A DNA stretch of 64,000 nt, from contig JBBRCK010000003.1 of the NCBI GenBank assembly GCA_038205015.1, positions 2,527-66,526 of the forward strand. Direction: 5' to 3'. Positions 20,419 through 30,231 of the stretch are shown here, piece by piece. The position numbers and the translations under genes are program-made. This DNA is from Candidatus Levyibacteriota bacterium. Lineage in GTDB: Bacteria; Patescibacteriota; Microgenomatia; Levybacterales; UBA12049. A model generated the notes under the pieces. The model did not search any database and had not been told where the DNA came from. It worked only from the letters and a program-made list of their open reading frames with translations. The first letter of the stretch is position 1; the number at the start of each line of letters is the position of its first letter.

Positions 20419-21444
20419 ATGAACGTCTTTCAATTTATCACTACTTTATCGATACCATTTTTAGGATTTAATTGGATTGATATTTTTATTATTTTAATAT
20501 TAGCTTTTTACACTTTTGAAGGCTATTCCCAAGGATTTTTGGTAGCTACCACAGATTTCGCTTCATTTATAGTTTCCTTTGCATTAGGGCTAACTTTTTA
20601 TGGAAAGATCGCCTCATTTTTGGTTAATAACTTTCATTTACTGCATGGGTTTGCTAACGCCATCGGATTTTTTATCGCCGCAGTATTTTTTGAGGTAATT
20701 TTTACCGTTTTAATTAGAAATCTAGTTTTAAAAACCAGCCTTTTTGAGAAAGAAGGATTTAAAAATAAAACAATTGAAAGCATTAATAATTTCTTAGGCG
20801 TAGTTCCGGGATTTTTGTCGGGATTTTTGTTAGCGGCCTTTATTTTAAGTTTAATTATTACTCTTCCTTTATCGGTATTTTTAAAAAATTCGGTAAATAA
20901 TTCAAAAATTGGTAGCGTTTTGGTTTTTAATACTCAAGGATTTGCAAAACAATGGGGTGATGTTTTTGGTGGGGCAGTAAACGACACATTGTCTTTTTTA
21001 ACAGTTGAGCCAAAGGGAAACGAGAAAGTTGACCTTCATTTTACCACTAAAGATGTAAGTGTTAGCAAAGTTGATGAGCAAAAAATGCTAACGATGGTAA
21101 ATGGTGAAAGGCAAAAGGTTGGCTTAAACAGTTTATCTTTTTCCGAAGATTTGGCAAAAGTTGGTAGAGCACATTGCCAAGATATGTTTGCCAGAGGCTA
21201 TTTTTCGCATTACACTCCCGAGGGATTATCTCCGTTTGACAGAATGATGGCGGCGAGTATAAATTTTAATTATGCGGGGGAAAATTTGGCATTGGCGCCT
21301 AGTATTGAGTTGGCAATGAGTGGTTTAATGCAAAGTCCGGGACATAAAGCAAATATCCTTTCTCAAAATTTTAACAGGGTTGGAATTGGGGTAATTGATG
21401 GTGGAGTATATGGCGAGATGTTTTGTCAGGAATTTATGGATTGA
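20419..21444 (+). CDS. CvpA membrane domain + CAP/SCP domain protein
   Basis: NWID..I, TM bundle; YFSH, GENLA, SPGHKANIL. Confidence 0.88.
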   Translation: MNVFQFITTLSIPFLGFNWIDIFIILILAFYTFEGYSQGFLVATTDFASFIVSFALGLTFYGKIASFLVNNFHLLHGFANAIGFFIAAVFFEVIFTVLIRNLVLKTSLFEKEGFKNKTIESINNFLGVVPGFLSGFLLAAFILSLIITLPLSVFLKNSVNNSKIGSVLVFNTQGFAKQWGDVFGGAVNDTLSFLTVEPKGNEKVDLHFTTKDVSVSKVDEQKMLTMVNGERQKVGLNSLSFSEDLAKVGRAHCQDMFARGYFSHYTPEGLSPFDRMMAASINFNYAGENLALAPSIELAMSGLMQSPGHKANILSQNFNRVGIGVIDGGVYGEMFCQEFMD

Positions 21445-21446
21445 AT

Positions 21447-22532
21447 ATGAATTTAAAAAATATTGAAAGAGAAGACTTTAAGGGCAAAAAAGTATTTTTA
21501 AGGGTAGATTTAGATGTACCGATAAAGTCGGGAAAAATATTGGATGATTTGCGGCTTAAAGCTTGGTTTCCGACGTTAGAATTTCTTCTTAAAAATGGCG
21601 CAGAAGTTGTGTTAGCAGGTCATTTGGGAAGACCTAAGAAGCAATTTCCAATTTCTAATTTCCAATTTTCAAAAGAAAACGAGAAATTTAGTTTAAAGCC
21701 GATTGCACAATGGGTTAATAATCAGCTTGAGTTGCATTCGGATTTAGATGAGGTAGAGGTAAACAGATTTAAAGCTTTTAAAACTAAAGGAAGTGTAATA
21801 ATTCTGGAAAATCTGAGGTTTTATAAAGAAGAAGAGGAAGACGATGAGGAATTTTCTAAACAACTTGCTTTATTTGCAGACATATACGTAAACGATGCCT
21901 TTGCCTCAAGTCATAGAGCACATGCTTCAATTGTTGGAATTACCAAATTTCTGCCCTCGTTTGCAGGTATAAGGCTTTTGGAGGAAGTAAAAGTTTTATC
22001 TCAAATTTTGGAAAATCCAAAAAAGCCTATGTGCGTGATTTTGGGTGGAGCAAAAATCGAAACAAAACTTCCCTTGGTTGAAAAAATGCACCAATTTGCG
22101 GATTATGTTTTGGTTGGTGGGGAAATTGCAGAGAATACTAAGGTTTTATTAAAAGTTGCACACGAGAAAATATCTGCAGAACAACATACAAAGTCTGCTC
22201 TTTTAATTGCAGATTTAACATCCAATCAAAAAGATATAACGCAAAAGAGTGCGCAAAATTTTTTACAGATTGCGCAAAAGTGCGAAACAATTGTTTGGAA
22301 TGGGCCAATGGGAATGGTAGAAGAAGAGAAAAGTAAATCAGGAACTTTAGATTTGGCAACTGGACTTTCAAAAATTCTTGGATATAAAATAGTTGGGGGA
22401 GGAGACACTTTAAGTTTTCTTAAAGAAAATAATCTGCTAAAACATTATGATTTTGTTTCAATTGGCGGTGGGGCAATGCTTGAGCTTCTGGCAGGTGAAG
22501 AACTTCCGGGATTAGTAGTTTTAGAAAAATAA
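21447..22532 (+). CDS. pgk: Phosphoglycerate kinase (short form)
   Basis: RVD.DVP, HLGRP, LENLRF, NDAF..HR.HAS, GGGD. Confidence 0.95.
   Translation: MNLKNIEREDFKGKKVFLRVDLDVPIKSGKILDDLRLKAWFPTLEFLLKNGAEVVLAGHLGRPKKQFPISNFQFSKENEKFSLKPIAQWVNNQLELHSDLDEVEVNRFKAFKTKGSVIILENLRFYKEEEEDDEEFSKQLALFADIYVNDAFASSHRAHASIVGITKFLPSFAGIRLLEEVKVLSQILENPKKPMCVILGGAKIETKLPLVEKMHQFADYVLVGGEIAENTKVLLKVAHEKISAEQHTKSALLIADLTSNQKDITQKSAQNFLQIAQKCETIVWNGPMGMVEEEKSKSGTLDLATGLSKILGYKIVGGGDTLSFLKENNLLKHYDFVSIGGGAMLELLAGEELPGLVVLEK
21642..21673 (+). repeat. Tandem heptamer YAATTTY x4 inside pgk (QFPISNFQFS)
   Basis: caatttc caatttc taatttc caatttt caaa. Confidence 0.8.
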
Positions 22533-22666
22533 CTTCAAGCCGTAATTAATTTGAAGTATGTCTTTATTCCGTTTAAAACCTCGGCATTTGCATCGCATAA
22601 AAAGAGTAATCCAGATTGCAGAACATAATTAATTTTAAGAATCTAATACTTCAGAATAAAGAATAG

Positions 22667-24097
22667 TTAGCGCTTAATATAATAGTCTACCTTGCTATCA
22701 GAATATTCGAGTTTCCATATACTGCTTGCCGACAATAGATACATATCAAGATTTGTGCCCGGCACAGCAATGGCCCAAGAAAAATTTTGTTTTTCAAAAG
22801 CCTGTGTCCAAACGTTACTATTATAAATGTCGACAAAATCTTTAAACGGATTAATTCCATTTTCTTCCCAAACAGTCATTCTTCCATCAATGAAGGTTTT
22901 TATTTGAGGAACGCGCCAAATAAGATAACTACCCATGCTGTAATTATTAAATCCCCGTCCCCGTGGTGGATTCTCATTTAAGAAATCGCTTAGTTTTTCG
23001 GAACAACGTAAATTTAAGCAATAAACATTCCAGTTAAATGTATTAAGGCTAACTGCTGGTAATCTGATCAGTAAAGCGTAACAAAGCAATGCAAAAGTAA
23101 TTGACAAAGCCAGTAAATTCAGAATTTTGTGCCATTTAACAGTCACCATGCCTTGAATATACTTGAAGAAAATAAGGGCGACGGGAAAAGAACACAAGAC
23201 ATAAATTAAAAGATATCTCCGAAAGCCTAAAGTTAGAAAAAAGAAAATCGTGTTGATAAGGACATGCGGTAAAAATTTTTTCCAATCCTTGATAAGTATA
23301 AAAGCGGATATTATCAACAGTACTGCGGAATAAATAAAAAAGATTATTTGTCCCGGGGAGCCGTTGGGAATCGGCCTCCATTCTGCTATGTGAGATTGCA
23401 TTTGTGAAGATATAGCGTTTTTAAAATCTTCTGTAAAAACCCTATAAGTAAAGGGGTTAATAAAACAGGCTAACACAGATAGTATAAAAATGCTTAATTC
23501 AGTTAACAACTCTTTTTGTTTTTTTACATCACGAAATCCTAAGATTATCCTCCATGCCAAAAATATAAACCAAATACTAAGCCCCAGAATGAAACCGCCA
23601 TGTAGGTTGGCCCATATCAGAAAAACAAAAGGGAGGTAAATAAACCGCTTTTTATTAATAAGAGAATATACAATGGCTAAGCCTAGGATAGTATCCAATT
23701 GCGCTCTCATTCCAAGCCAAGCGACACCAGAGAGTATGAGAAATGGGGGTAATAAGAACATTTTTAACCATGGTTTAACCTTGTAAGCTAAAGTAATGAA
23801 TATAAATGCCAGAGTAACGGTTGCTGCGCCCCAGATAGACAATCCGACAAAGCCAAATGTTTTAAAAAATGGGTAAAGTATGACTTCATAACCCCAGGAA
23901 GGATTAACCCAATAATAATTGGGTAAGGAGGAGGAGAAAATATTTCTAGTTAATATTTTTCCGGTTTGCCAAAAATATTGCCCATATCTTAAGTGCCATC
24001 CTAAATCCGGATCAGTTGGAGGCCAAAGCATGAAGGTAAAGACGACAACTATAATTAAAATTTCTAAAATTATAGGCAGAAGCAGACTTTTCTTCAT
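22667..24097 (-). CDS. Polytopic membrane protein, GT-C-like
   Basis: DPDLGWHL..G, WANLHGGF, INP, EW, FIDGR. Confidence 0.75.
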   Translation of the reverse strand: MKKSLLLPIILEILIIVVVFTFMLWPPTDPDLGWHLRYGQYFWQTGKILTRNIFSSSLPNYYWVNPSWGYEVILYPFFKTFGFVGLSIWGAATVTLAFIFITLAYKVKPWLKMFLLPPFLILSGVAWLGMRAQLDTILGLAIVYSLINKKRFIYLPFVFLIWANLHGGFILGLSIWFIFLAWRIILGFRDVKKQKELLTELSIFILSVLACFINPFTYRVFTEDFKNAISSQMQSHIAEWRPIPNGSPGQIIFFIYSAVLLIISAFILIKDWKKFLPHVLINTIFFFLTLGFRRYLLIYVLCSFPVALIFFKYIQGMVTVKWHKILNLLALSITFALLCYALLIRLPAVSLNTFNWNVYCLNLRCSEKLSDFLNENPPRGRGFNNYSMGSYLIWRVPQIKTFIDGRMTVWEENGINPFKDFVDIYNSNVWTQAFEKQNFSWAIAVPGTNLDMYLLSASSIWKLEYSDSKVDYYIKR

Positions 24098-24176
24098 AAG
24101 ATAAATCTATAGCACTCAATTAGTAATTGCAAGGGAAGTATTGAGTAATTTAGCCTCAAAATGATATAATTGTTTT

Positions 24177-24329
24177 ATGAAATGCTCTACGTGTGGCCAA
24201 GAAATGAAACTATTGTCCGTAGATACAACTATTAGTCACAAAAACAGCAAGTATTATAAGAGAACGATTTATTGGTGCGAAGAAGATGATATCTGGGTTA
24301 CAACAGAAATCCCAAAAGATTTGGATTAA
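24177..24329 (+). CDS. Small Zn-ribbon-like protein (50 aa; absent from the ORF track)
   Basis: MKCSTCGQEM...YWCEEDDIW; TGATATAAT 6 nt before ATG. Confidence 0.65.
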   Translation: MKCSTCGQEMKLLSVDTTISHKNSKYYKRTIYWCEEDDIWVTTEIPKDLD

Positions 24330-24402
24330 TTCACTTAGCTTAGTATTTAAGATTTTCCACTTGTTCTTAATTTAAAAACTTTGTTATACTAGTTTCACTG
24401 TC

Positions 24403-25485
24403 ATGATAAGAACTGCCATTAACGGATACGGAAGGATTGGGCGCGTAGCGCACAGAGTAATTTTAGAAAAATATCTACAAGAAATCGATATTGTTGCAAT
24501 TAATGCAGGTTCCTCAACCGACATTAAGGGTTGGATGTATTTATTAAAATACGACACTTCTTATGGCCCAATCTATTCCATGGATGTTTCGTATCAAGAG
24601 GCGGATGCAAATCCTCAACTTAAAGATTTAATTGGTTATTTATTAATAGATAGTAAAAAAATTCCTGTTTTGTCACAAAAAGACCCAACACTTCTTCCTT
24701 GGGGAAATTTAGGAATAGATGTAGTTATCGAATCAACGGGTCATTTTACAGACGAAGAAGGGCTAAAAAAGCATCTGACGGCAGGTGCTAAGGGTGTTGT
24801 TTTATCTGCACCGGCAAAAGACGGAAATGTGCCAACTTACGTTATGTCGGTTAATAACGATAAGTATCAGGGTGAATCCGCAATCAACAATGCTTCTTGC
24901 ACCACTAACTGTATTGCGCCGGTTGCAAGGGCAATGGTTGACGCATTCGGGGTTGATAAAGCAATGATGACCACGGTTCATGGATATACTTCGGACCAAG
25001 AATTACAAGACGGAGGACACAAAGACTACCGAAGAGCAAGAGCAGCGGCGCAAAACATAATTCCAACCTCAACAGGCGCAACCATTGCGGCAGCTCAGGC
25101 GGTTCCTGAATTAAAAGGACTGTTTGAAGGACTTTCCTTAAGAGTTCCGGTTGCAGTTGGTTCGTTGTCGGATTTTACCTTTCTGCTTAAAAGAGACACG
25201 ACGGTAGAAGAAGTTAATGATATTTTAAAGCAATCAGCGGCTGCTCCCGAATACGCCGGAATTCTTTCAGTAACTTCAGAGCCCTTGGTCTCATCGGATA
25301 TTGTTGGAAGCTCATATTCTTCAATTGTTGATTTATCATTAACTCAAGTAATTGGTAATATGGTAAAAATTGTTGCTTGGTATGATAATGAATACGGCTA
25401 TGCAAATAGATTAGTTGAGGAAGTAATTATGATGGGGAAAAGGCCTACAGTTCAAGAGCCCCTGCCGCCTCAAATTACTCCATAA
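24403..25485 (+). CDS. gap: Type I glyceraldehyde-3-phosphate dehydrogenase
   Basis: INGYGRIGR, ASCTTNC, WYDNE. Confidence 0.97.
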   Translation: MIRTAINGYGRIGRVAHRVILEKYLQEIDIVAINAGSSTDIKGWMYLLKYDTSYGPIYSMDVSYQEADANPQLKDLIGYLLIDSKKIPVLSQKDPTLLPWGNLGIDVVIESTGHFTDEEGLKKHLTAGAKGVVLSAPAKDGNVPTYVMSVNNDKYQGESAINNASCTTNCIAPVARAMVDAFGVDKAMMTTVHGYTSDQELQDGGHKDYRRARAAAQNIIPTSTGATIAAAQAVPELKGLFEGLSLRVPVAVGSLSDFTFLLKRDTTVEEVNDILKQSAAAPEYAGILSVTSEPLVSSDIVGSSYSSIVDLSLTQVIGNMVKIVAWYDNEYGYANRLVEEVIMMGKRPTVQEPLPPQITP

Positions 25486-25518
25486 ATAGTTATTGCATTA
25501 CTATTGTATAATAGCAAC

Positions 25519-26055
25519 ATGAATAAGCTTATACCCTTTTTTGTACTATTTTTTATATTTTCCTTAACCAGTTTTTCTTTTGCAAAAGATGCCGTTTCTA
25601 GCCCATCGGCAGAAATAGTTCAGTACGACCTTCCGTACCCTGGGATTTTACCGGATAATCCTTTATATTTTCTAAAAGCAGTTAGAGATAACCTGATTAG
25701 GTTTTTTATTACGGACTCTTTGAAAAAAGGGGAATATGATCTTTTAATGTCGGATAAACGATTAGCCAGTTCGCAAAAACTTTTAGACGAAGGTAAAGTA
25801 GATTTATCGATAACCACGCTTTCAAAGTCTGGCAACTATTTTTATAGTTCTATTGAAAATATTGTAAAGGCGAAAAAAGAAGGACAAAATGCCAATCCTT
25901 TATTAGACAAACTCTTAACGGCGTCAAAAAAACATCAAGAAATAATTTCTGAAATGACAAGAAAAGCAAGCGGAAAAAACAAACAAGCGGTCCTAGGATT
26001 ATTGGAAAGAGCAAGAGATTTTCAAATAAAGGTAGAACAAAATAAGCCTAGATAA
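25519..26055 (+). CDS. Secreted DUF5667-like protein
   Basis: Signal peptide, LPYPGILPDNPLYFLK. Confidence 0.75.
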   Translation: MNKLIPFFVLFFIFSLTSFSFAKDAVSSPSAEIVQYDLPYPGILPDNPLYFLKAVRDNLIRFFITDSLKKGEYDLLMSDKRLASSQKLLDEGKVDLSITTLSKSGNYFYSSIENIVKAKKEGQNANPLLDKLLTASKKHQEIISEMTRKASGKNKQAVLGLLERARDFQIKVEQNKPR

Positions 26056-26205
26056 GTGCTTTTTCTGCCCCTTAAGAATAAATTTTTTACCCGGAACTTT
26101 ATGTATAGAGAATATGTTTTTTGTTCCTTTTTTTAAACTTTACCAAAAGATAGGAAAACTGAAGCTGAAAAACATACTGACCCTCTTTGATACAGATATT
26201 AATAG

Positions 26206-26256
26206 TTGACGCCATAGTCCTAGTGTCATATTATTTTTTTGGCACTATATCTAGTG
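26206..26256 (+). promoter_or_regulatory. nrdR promoter with tandem NrdR boxes (26211-26225, 26242-26256)
   Basis: gcactatatctagtg and gccatagtcctagtg 31 bp apart; TTGACG -35 overlaps the first box. Confidence 0.8.
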
Positions 26257-26260
26257 ATTG

Positions 26261-26323
26261 AAAGTCAAAATTTAAGAGTTAAGGGTCAAAAATAGGAAAT
26301 TTTGATTTTTGCCTTTTAAATTT
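26261..26323 (+). repeat. Heptamer-periodic inverted repeat (hairpin) in the nrdR 5' UTR
   Basis: AAATTTAAGAG-TT-AAGGGTCAAAA pairs with TTTTGATTTTT-GC-CTTTTAAATTT. Confidence 0.7.
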
Positions 26324-26773
26324 ATGAAGTGTCCATATTGCGGAAGCAAAGAAACAGAAGTAGTAGAAACCAGAGACTCTGAAGACCTGGAGACAATAAG
26401 AAGAAGGCGAGAGTGTATAACGTGTAAGAAAAGGTTTACAACTTACGAACGAATAGAAAACATTAATTTAATAGTAATCAAAAAAGACGGAAAACGGGAG
26501 CAGTTTAACAGAGATAAATTAAAAGCCGGAATAATCAGATCTTGCGAAAAAACAAAAGTATCTCTTGAAGATATTGAAAAAATAGTAACGGAAATCGAAA
26601 GAGAATTAAGGGGAGAAGCGAGTGTTGAGGTTGAAAGTAAGAAAATCGGACAAATGGTTGCCAGTAGGCTTAAGGCACTAGATAAAGTCGCTTACATCAG
26701 ATTCTCGAGCGTTTTTAGAAGATTTGTAGATGTAGAGGATTTTGAAAAAGAAGTAAAAAGATTAATAAAATAA
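26324..26773 (+). CDS. nrdR: Transcriptional repressor NrdR
   Basis: MKCPYC..RRRREC..C..RFTTYE Zn ribbon, ATP cone, DKVAYIRF. Confidence 0.97.
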   Translation: MKCPYCGSKETEVVETRDSEDLETIRRRRECITCKKRFTTYERIENINLIVIKKDGKREQFNRDKLKAGIIRSCEKTKVSLEDIEKIVTEIERELRGEASVEVESKKIGQMVASRLKALDKVAYIRFSSVFRRFVDVEDFEKEVKRLIK

Positions 26774-26775
26774 TT

Positions 26776-29205
26776 ATGAAATTAGACGGAATGAGACAAA
26801 AAGTATTTTTAGACAGATATTCTTTAAGAGATACCAAGGGTAATCCTACAGAGAAAACCCCGGATGAGATGTGGAAGAGGGTTGCAAAGGCAATTTCCGG
26901 AGTTGAAAAACCAAAAGACCGCAAAAAATGGGAGAAAAAGTTTTACGACGTAATGGATGGCTTTAAATTTTTACCAGGAGGAAGAATTTTATCAGGTGCT
27001 GGAACAGGATATGACGTTACATACTTTAACTGCTTTGTAATCCCAAACCCACCAGACTCCCGCGAGGGGATAATGGAAAATTTAACCCAAATGATTGAGA
27101 TTATGGCAAGAGCAGGTGGAGTGGGAGTTAATTTATCTTCCCTTCGGCCAAGAGGGTCAAGAGTTAAAAAGGTTAATGGATTTTCTTCAGGACCTTTAAA
27201 TTGGGCGTCACTTTATTCAGTAGCGACAAAAGATATTGTTCAGCAGGGTGGTTCAAGGAGGGGAGCGTTAATGCTAATGCTTAATGATTGGCATCCGGAT
27301 ATAGAAGAATTCATAACCAAGAAGCAGGATTTAACTCAGCTTAACGGGGCTAACCTTTCGGTTTGTGTTTCCGATGCTTTTATGGAAGCTGTTAAGAAAA
27401 ATGCAGATTGGGATTTAGTCTTTGCAGACTTAGATGATAAAAAATATGACACAAAATGGACAGGAGATATGGATGTGTGGAAAAAATTAGGCGGAAAAAC
27501 AAAAGTTATAAAAACAGTGAAAGCAAAGGATCTCTGGGATTTAATTTGTAAGGCAGCATGGACTTCTGCCGAGCCAGGTCTTCACTTTTTGGATAGAAGT
27601 AATAAGAGAAGTAATACTTGGTATTTCGAAAGACTTTCAGCCACAAATCCTTGCGGAGAACAACCTTTATCTCCTTGGGCAGTTTGTAATTTAGGCGCAA
27701 TGAATTTAGCAGCCTACGTTGATAAAAAGGGTCAGTTTGACTATGACAATTTTGGAAAAGATGTAAAGGTTGCCATGCGATTTTTAGACAATGTAATTGA
27801 CGATACGTATTATTTTTATAAGGAAAATGAAAAAGTTGCCAAAGATATTAGAAGAACCGGACTTGGAATTTTGGGACTGGCAGACGCTTTAATCAAAATG
27901 AAAGTTAAATACGGTTCTGACGAATCCTTACCGGTTATTGAAAAAATATTTAAAACCTTAAGAGATAATGCGTATATTGCATCTTCTGACATGGCCGTTG
28001 AAAAAGGAATTTTTCCTAAATTTAACAAAGAAAAATATTTACAAGGTTTCCATTTAAAAAAACTTCCTGAAGAAATAAGACAAAAAATTGCAAAACAAGG
28101 AATAAGAAATGCAGTTTTATTAACAATTGCCCCAACAGGAACGACAGGTCTTCTTTCGGGAGCTTCATCGGGGATTGAGCCAGTTTATGAATTCCAGTTT
28201 ATAAGAAAGGATAGGCTTGGTGAACACATGATGTATCACCCACTCTATGAAGAGTTCAAAAAAGAAAATCCAAATGTAGAAAAACCGGATTATTTTGTCT
28301 CGGCAAATGATTTAACTCCAGAAGAGCACGTTAGAGTTCAAGCAATTGCTCAGGATTATATCGATTCATCAATTTCAAAAACCGTTAATGCACCCAAAAC
28401 ACATACGGTTGATGACGTAAAAAGACTTTATGAATTAGCCTACGACTCTGGTCTTAAGGGAATTACTTATATGAGGGATGGATCAAGACAAGGAGTTTTA
28501 GAAAGAGTTGAAGAGAAAAAAGAAGAAGTAAAAGAACTACCAAAACAACTAGCCAGCCTTCCGGTTATGCCAAGGCCGGTGATGGTAGAAGGGGTAACGT
28601 ATCAGTCAGATACTCCGGTTGGTAAAACCTTTATAACTATTAATCACAATGAAGGTAATGAGCCATTCGAAGTGTTTATAACGGTTGGAAAATCTGGATC
28701 AGACGTAACCGCAATGGCTGACGCATTAGGAAGAATGATTTCTCTTAATCTAAGACTTAACGGGGGACTTGCACCACGAGAAAGAGTTAGGCAAATTGTT
28801 GCGCAGCTGATTGGAATCGGCGGAGCGAGATCAATTGGTTTTGGTGCAAATAAAGTTTTGTCTCTTCCCGATGCCGTTGCTAAAGTACTTTCCAAGCATT
28901 TTGAGTTTAGGGTTAACGGGGTAGTAGAAGATAGGCCAAGAATTGTTAATGGAGTAGAAAATGGCCACACTAGCGGAAACGGACACGCGCAGGCTATGTC
29001 AGCAGCTCAAGAAAGTATTAAAAAAGATAAAGAAGAAATCGTTAAGCTTGAGCAATTAAGTTTGCAAACTCCATCGGGCTCTTTGTCTGTAACTGAAGGA
29101 ACGGCGACAGGACTTTATGATATCTGTCCGGACTGCGGCGGAGCAAGTTTGGCATATGAAGAAGGTTGTAAAAAATGTTATGCATGCGGATATTCCGAAT
29201 GCTAG
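26776..29205 (+). CDS. nrdJ: Class II (AdoCbl-dependent) ribonucleotide reductase with C-terminal TSCPD/Zn-ribbon region
   Basis: NCF, GGSRRGA, TNPCGEQ, APTGT, ISKTVN, C-terminal C..CGYSEC. Confidence 0.95.
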   Translation: MKLDGMRQKVFLDRYSLRDTKGNPTEKTPDEMWKRVAKAISGVEKPKDRKKWEKKFYDVMDGFKFLPGGRILSGAGTGYDVTYFNCFVIPNPPDSREGIMENLTQMIEIMARAGGVGVNLSSLRPRGSRVKKVNGFSSGPLNWASLYSVATKDIVQQGGSRRGALMLMLNDWHPDIEEFITKKQDLTQLNGANLSVCVSDAFMEAVKKNADWDLVFADLDDKKYDTKWTGDMDVWKKLGGKTKVIKTVKAKDLWDLICKAAWTSAEPGLHFLDRSNKRSNTWYFERLSATNPCGEQPLSPWAVCNLGAMNLAAYVDKKGQFDYDNFGKDVKVAMRFLDNVIDDTYYFYKENEKVAKDIRRTGLGILGLADALIKMKVKYGSDESLPVIEKIFKTLRDNAYIASSDMAVEKGIFPKFNKEKYLQGFHLKKLPEEIRQKIAKQGIRNAVLLTIAPTGTTGLLSGASSGIEPVYEFQFIRKDRLGEHMMYHPLYEEFKKENPNVEKPDYFVSANDLTPEEHVRVQAIAQDYIDSSISKTVNAPKTHTVDDVKRLYELAYDSGLKGITYMRDGSRQGVLERVEEKKEEVKELPKQLASLPVMPRPVMVEGVTYQSDTPVGKTFITINHNEGNEPFEVFITVGKSGSDVTAMADALGRMISLNLRLNGGLAPRERVRQIVAQLIGIGGARSIGFGANKVLSLPDAVAKVLSKHFEFRVNGVVEDRPRIVNGVENGHTSGNGHAQAMSAAQESIKKDKEEIVKLEQLSLQTPSGSLSVTEGTATGLYDICPDCGGASLAYEEGCKKCYACGYSEC

Positions 29206-29213
29206 TTGATTAA

Positions 29214-29310
29214 AAGTTAAATATAGGTAATCTTGGTGTAAATCCAGGGCTGTGCCGCAACTGTTAAAGTCAGAAAACTATATTTAATTTAAATGCCCGA
29301 GCAGGACACT
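29214..29310 (+). promoter_or_regulatory. Cobalamin riboswitch (compact class II-like)
   Basis: GGTAATCTTGGTGTAAATCCAGGGCTGTGCCGCAACTGT..AAGTCAGAA core, closing helix AAGTTAAATATAG/CTATATTTAATTT, P13-like hairpin; B12 genes downstream. Confidence 0.88.
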
Positions 29311-29315
29311 ATCAT

Positions 29316-29346
29316 ATCCTTCTCGGAATAAGAGAAGGATTTTTTT
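29316..29346 (+). terminator. Riboswitch expression-platform terminator
   Basis: ATCCTTCTC-ggaataa-GAGAAGGAT followed by a T run. Confidence 0.85.
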
Positions 29347-29709
29347 ATGAAAAGCAAAATAATAATTCTTATCACCTTAGTAGTTTTAGTTTTAACAGTA
29401 ACTGGTGTAGTGATAACTAATGTTAAAAATAAACCAGTAAGTGGTCAATTAATAGTAGCTGCTAAAACAACAGATGCCTTTTCTTATAAGGGTGAGAATG
29501 GAAAAAACGCGCTAATAATCTTAAAAAAAATGGCGAAAGTTGAGCAGGGTTCAAGCGGTTTGGTTACATCAATCAATGGTAGATTAGCACTTAGTTTAAA
29601 AAGAGAGTTCTGGGCTTTTTATGTAAACGGAAAGATGGCAAATGTTGGTCCCGCCGAGTATAATACCAAAGATCAAGATTTAATTAAATGGCAAATAGAA
29701 AAATATTAA
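29347..29709 (+). CDS. DUF4430 / transcobalamin-C-like membrane-anchored protein
   Basis: LVTSING, FWAFYVNG..A.VG, D.I.W. Confidence 0.85.
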   Translation: MKSKIIILITLVVLVLTVTGVVITNVKNKPVSGQLIVAAKTTDAFSYKGENGKNALIILKKMAKVEQGSSGLVTSINGRLALSLKREFWAFYVNGKMANVGPAEYNTKDQDLIKWQIEKY

Positions 29710-30230
29710 TGAAAAAAATAATAAGTCCAATCTCTATAATTTTATTCGCAGTAATTTTAAGATTACTACCGCATCCGCCAAATTTAGTTCCGATCGCTGC
29801 AATGGCGTTGTTTGGAGGTTATTATCTTAATAAGAAATTTGCGCTAGTAATTCCTTTGATTGCTATGTTTATTTCAGACATTTTTTTAGGTTTTCATGCA
29901 ACTATGCCGTATGTTTACGGGAGCTTTCTTTTAACAGGAATATTGGGCTTATGGCTAAAAAACCATAGACACGCGAGAAATATTGTTGGAGGGACATTAT
30001 TATCGTCAATTGCATTCTTCTTAATTACAAATTTTGGGGTTTGGGCACAAGGCTCGTATGCAAGAGATGTTAGTGGGCTTTTCCAAAGCTATATCATGGG
30101 AATACCTTTTCTTAGAAATACTCTGCTTGGTGATCTTGGTTATGTTGGTTTGTTTTTCGGTTCTTATGAACTAGCTAAGTTTTTGATATTAGAGCATGGT
30201 TTCAGTAGGGTATTAACGATTAAAAAATAA
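29709..30230 (+). CDS. BtuM-like (DUF6580) cobalamin S-component transporter
   Basis: RLLPHPPN..PI.AMALFGG, SD, FFLITNFGVW, GIPF.RN.L.GD. Confidence 0.8.
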   Translation: MKKIISPISIILFAVILRLLPHPPNLVPIAAMALFGGYYLNKKFALVIPLIAMFISDIFLGFHATMPYVYGSFLLTGILGLWLKNHRHARNIVGGTLLSSIAFFLITNFGVWAQGSYARDVSGLFQSYIMGIPFLRNTLLGDLGYVGLFFGSYELAKFLILEHGFSRVLTIKK

Positions 30231-30231
30231 C

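Noticed and set aside
20355-20419. Replication origin at the switch from mostly minus- to mostly plus-strand genes
   Set aside because: The gap is only ~60 bp with no dnaA or DnaA-box cluster seen.
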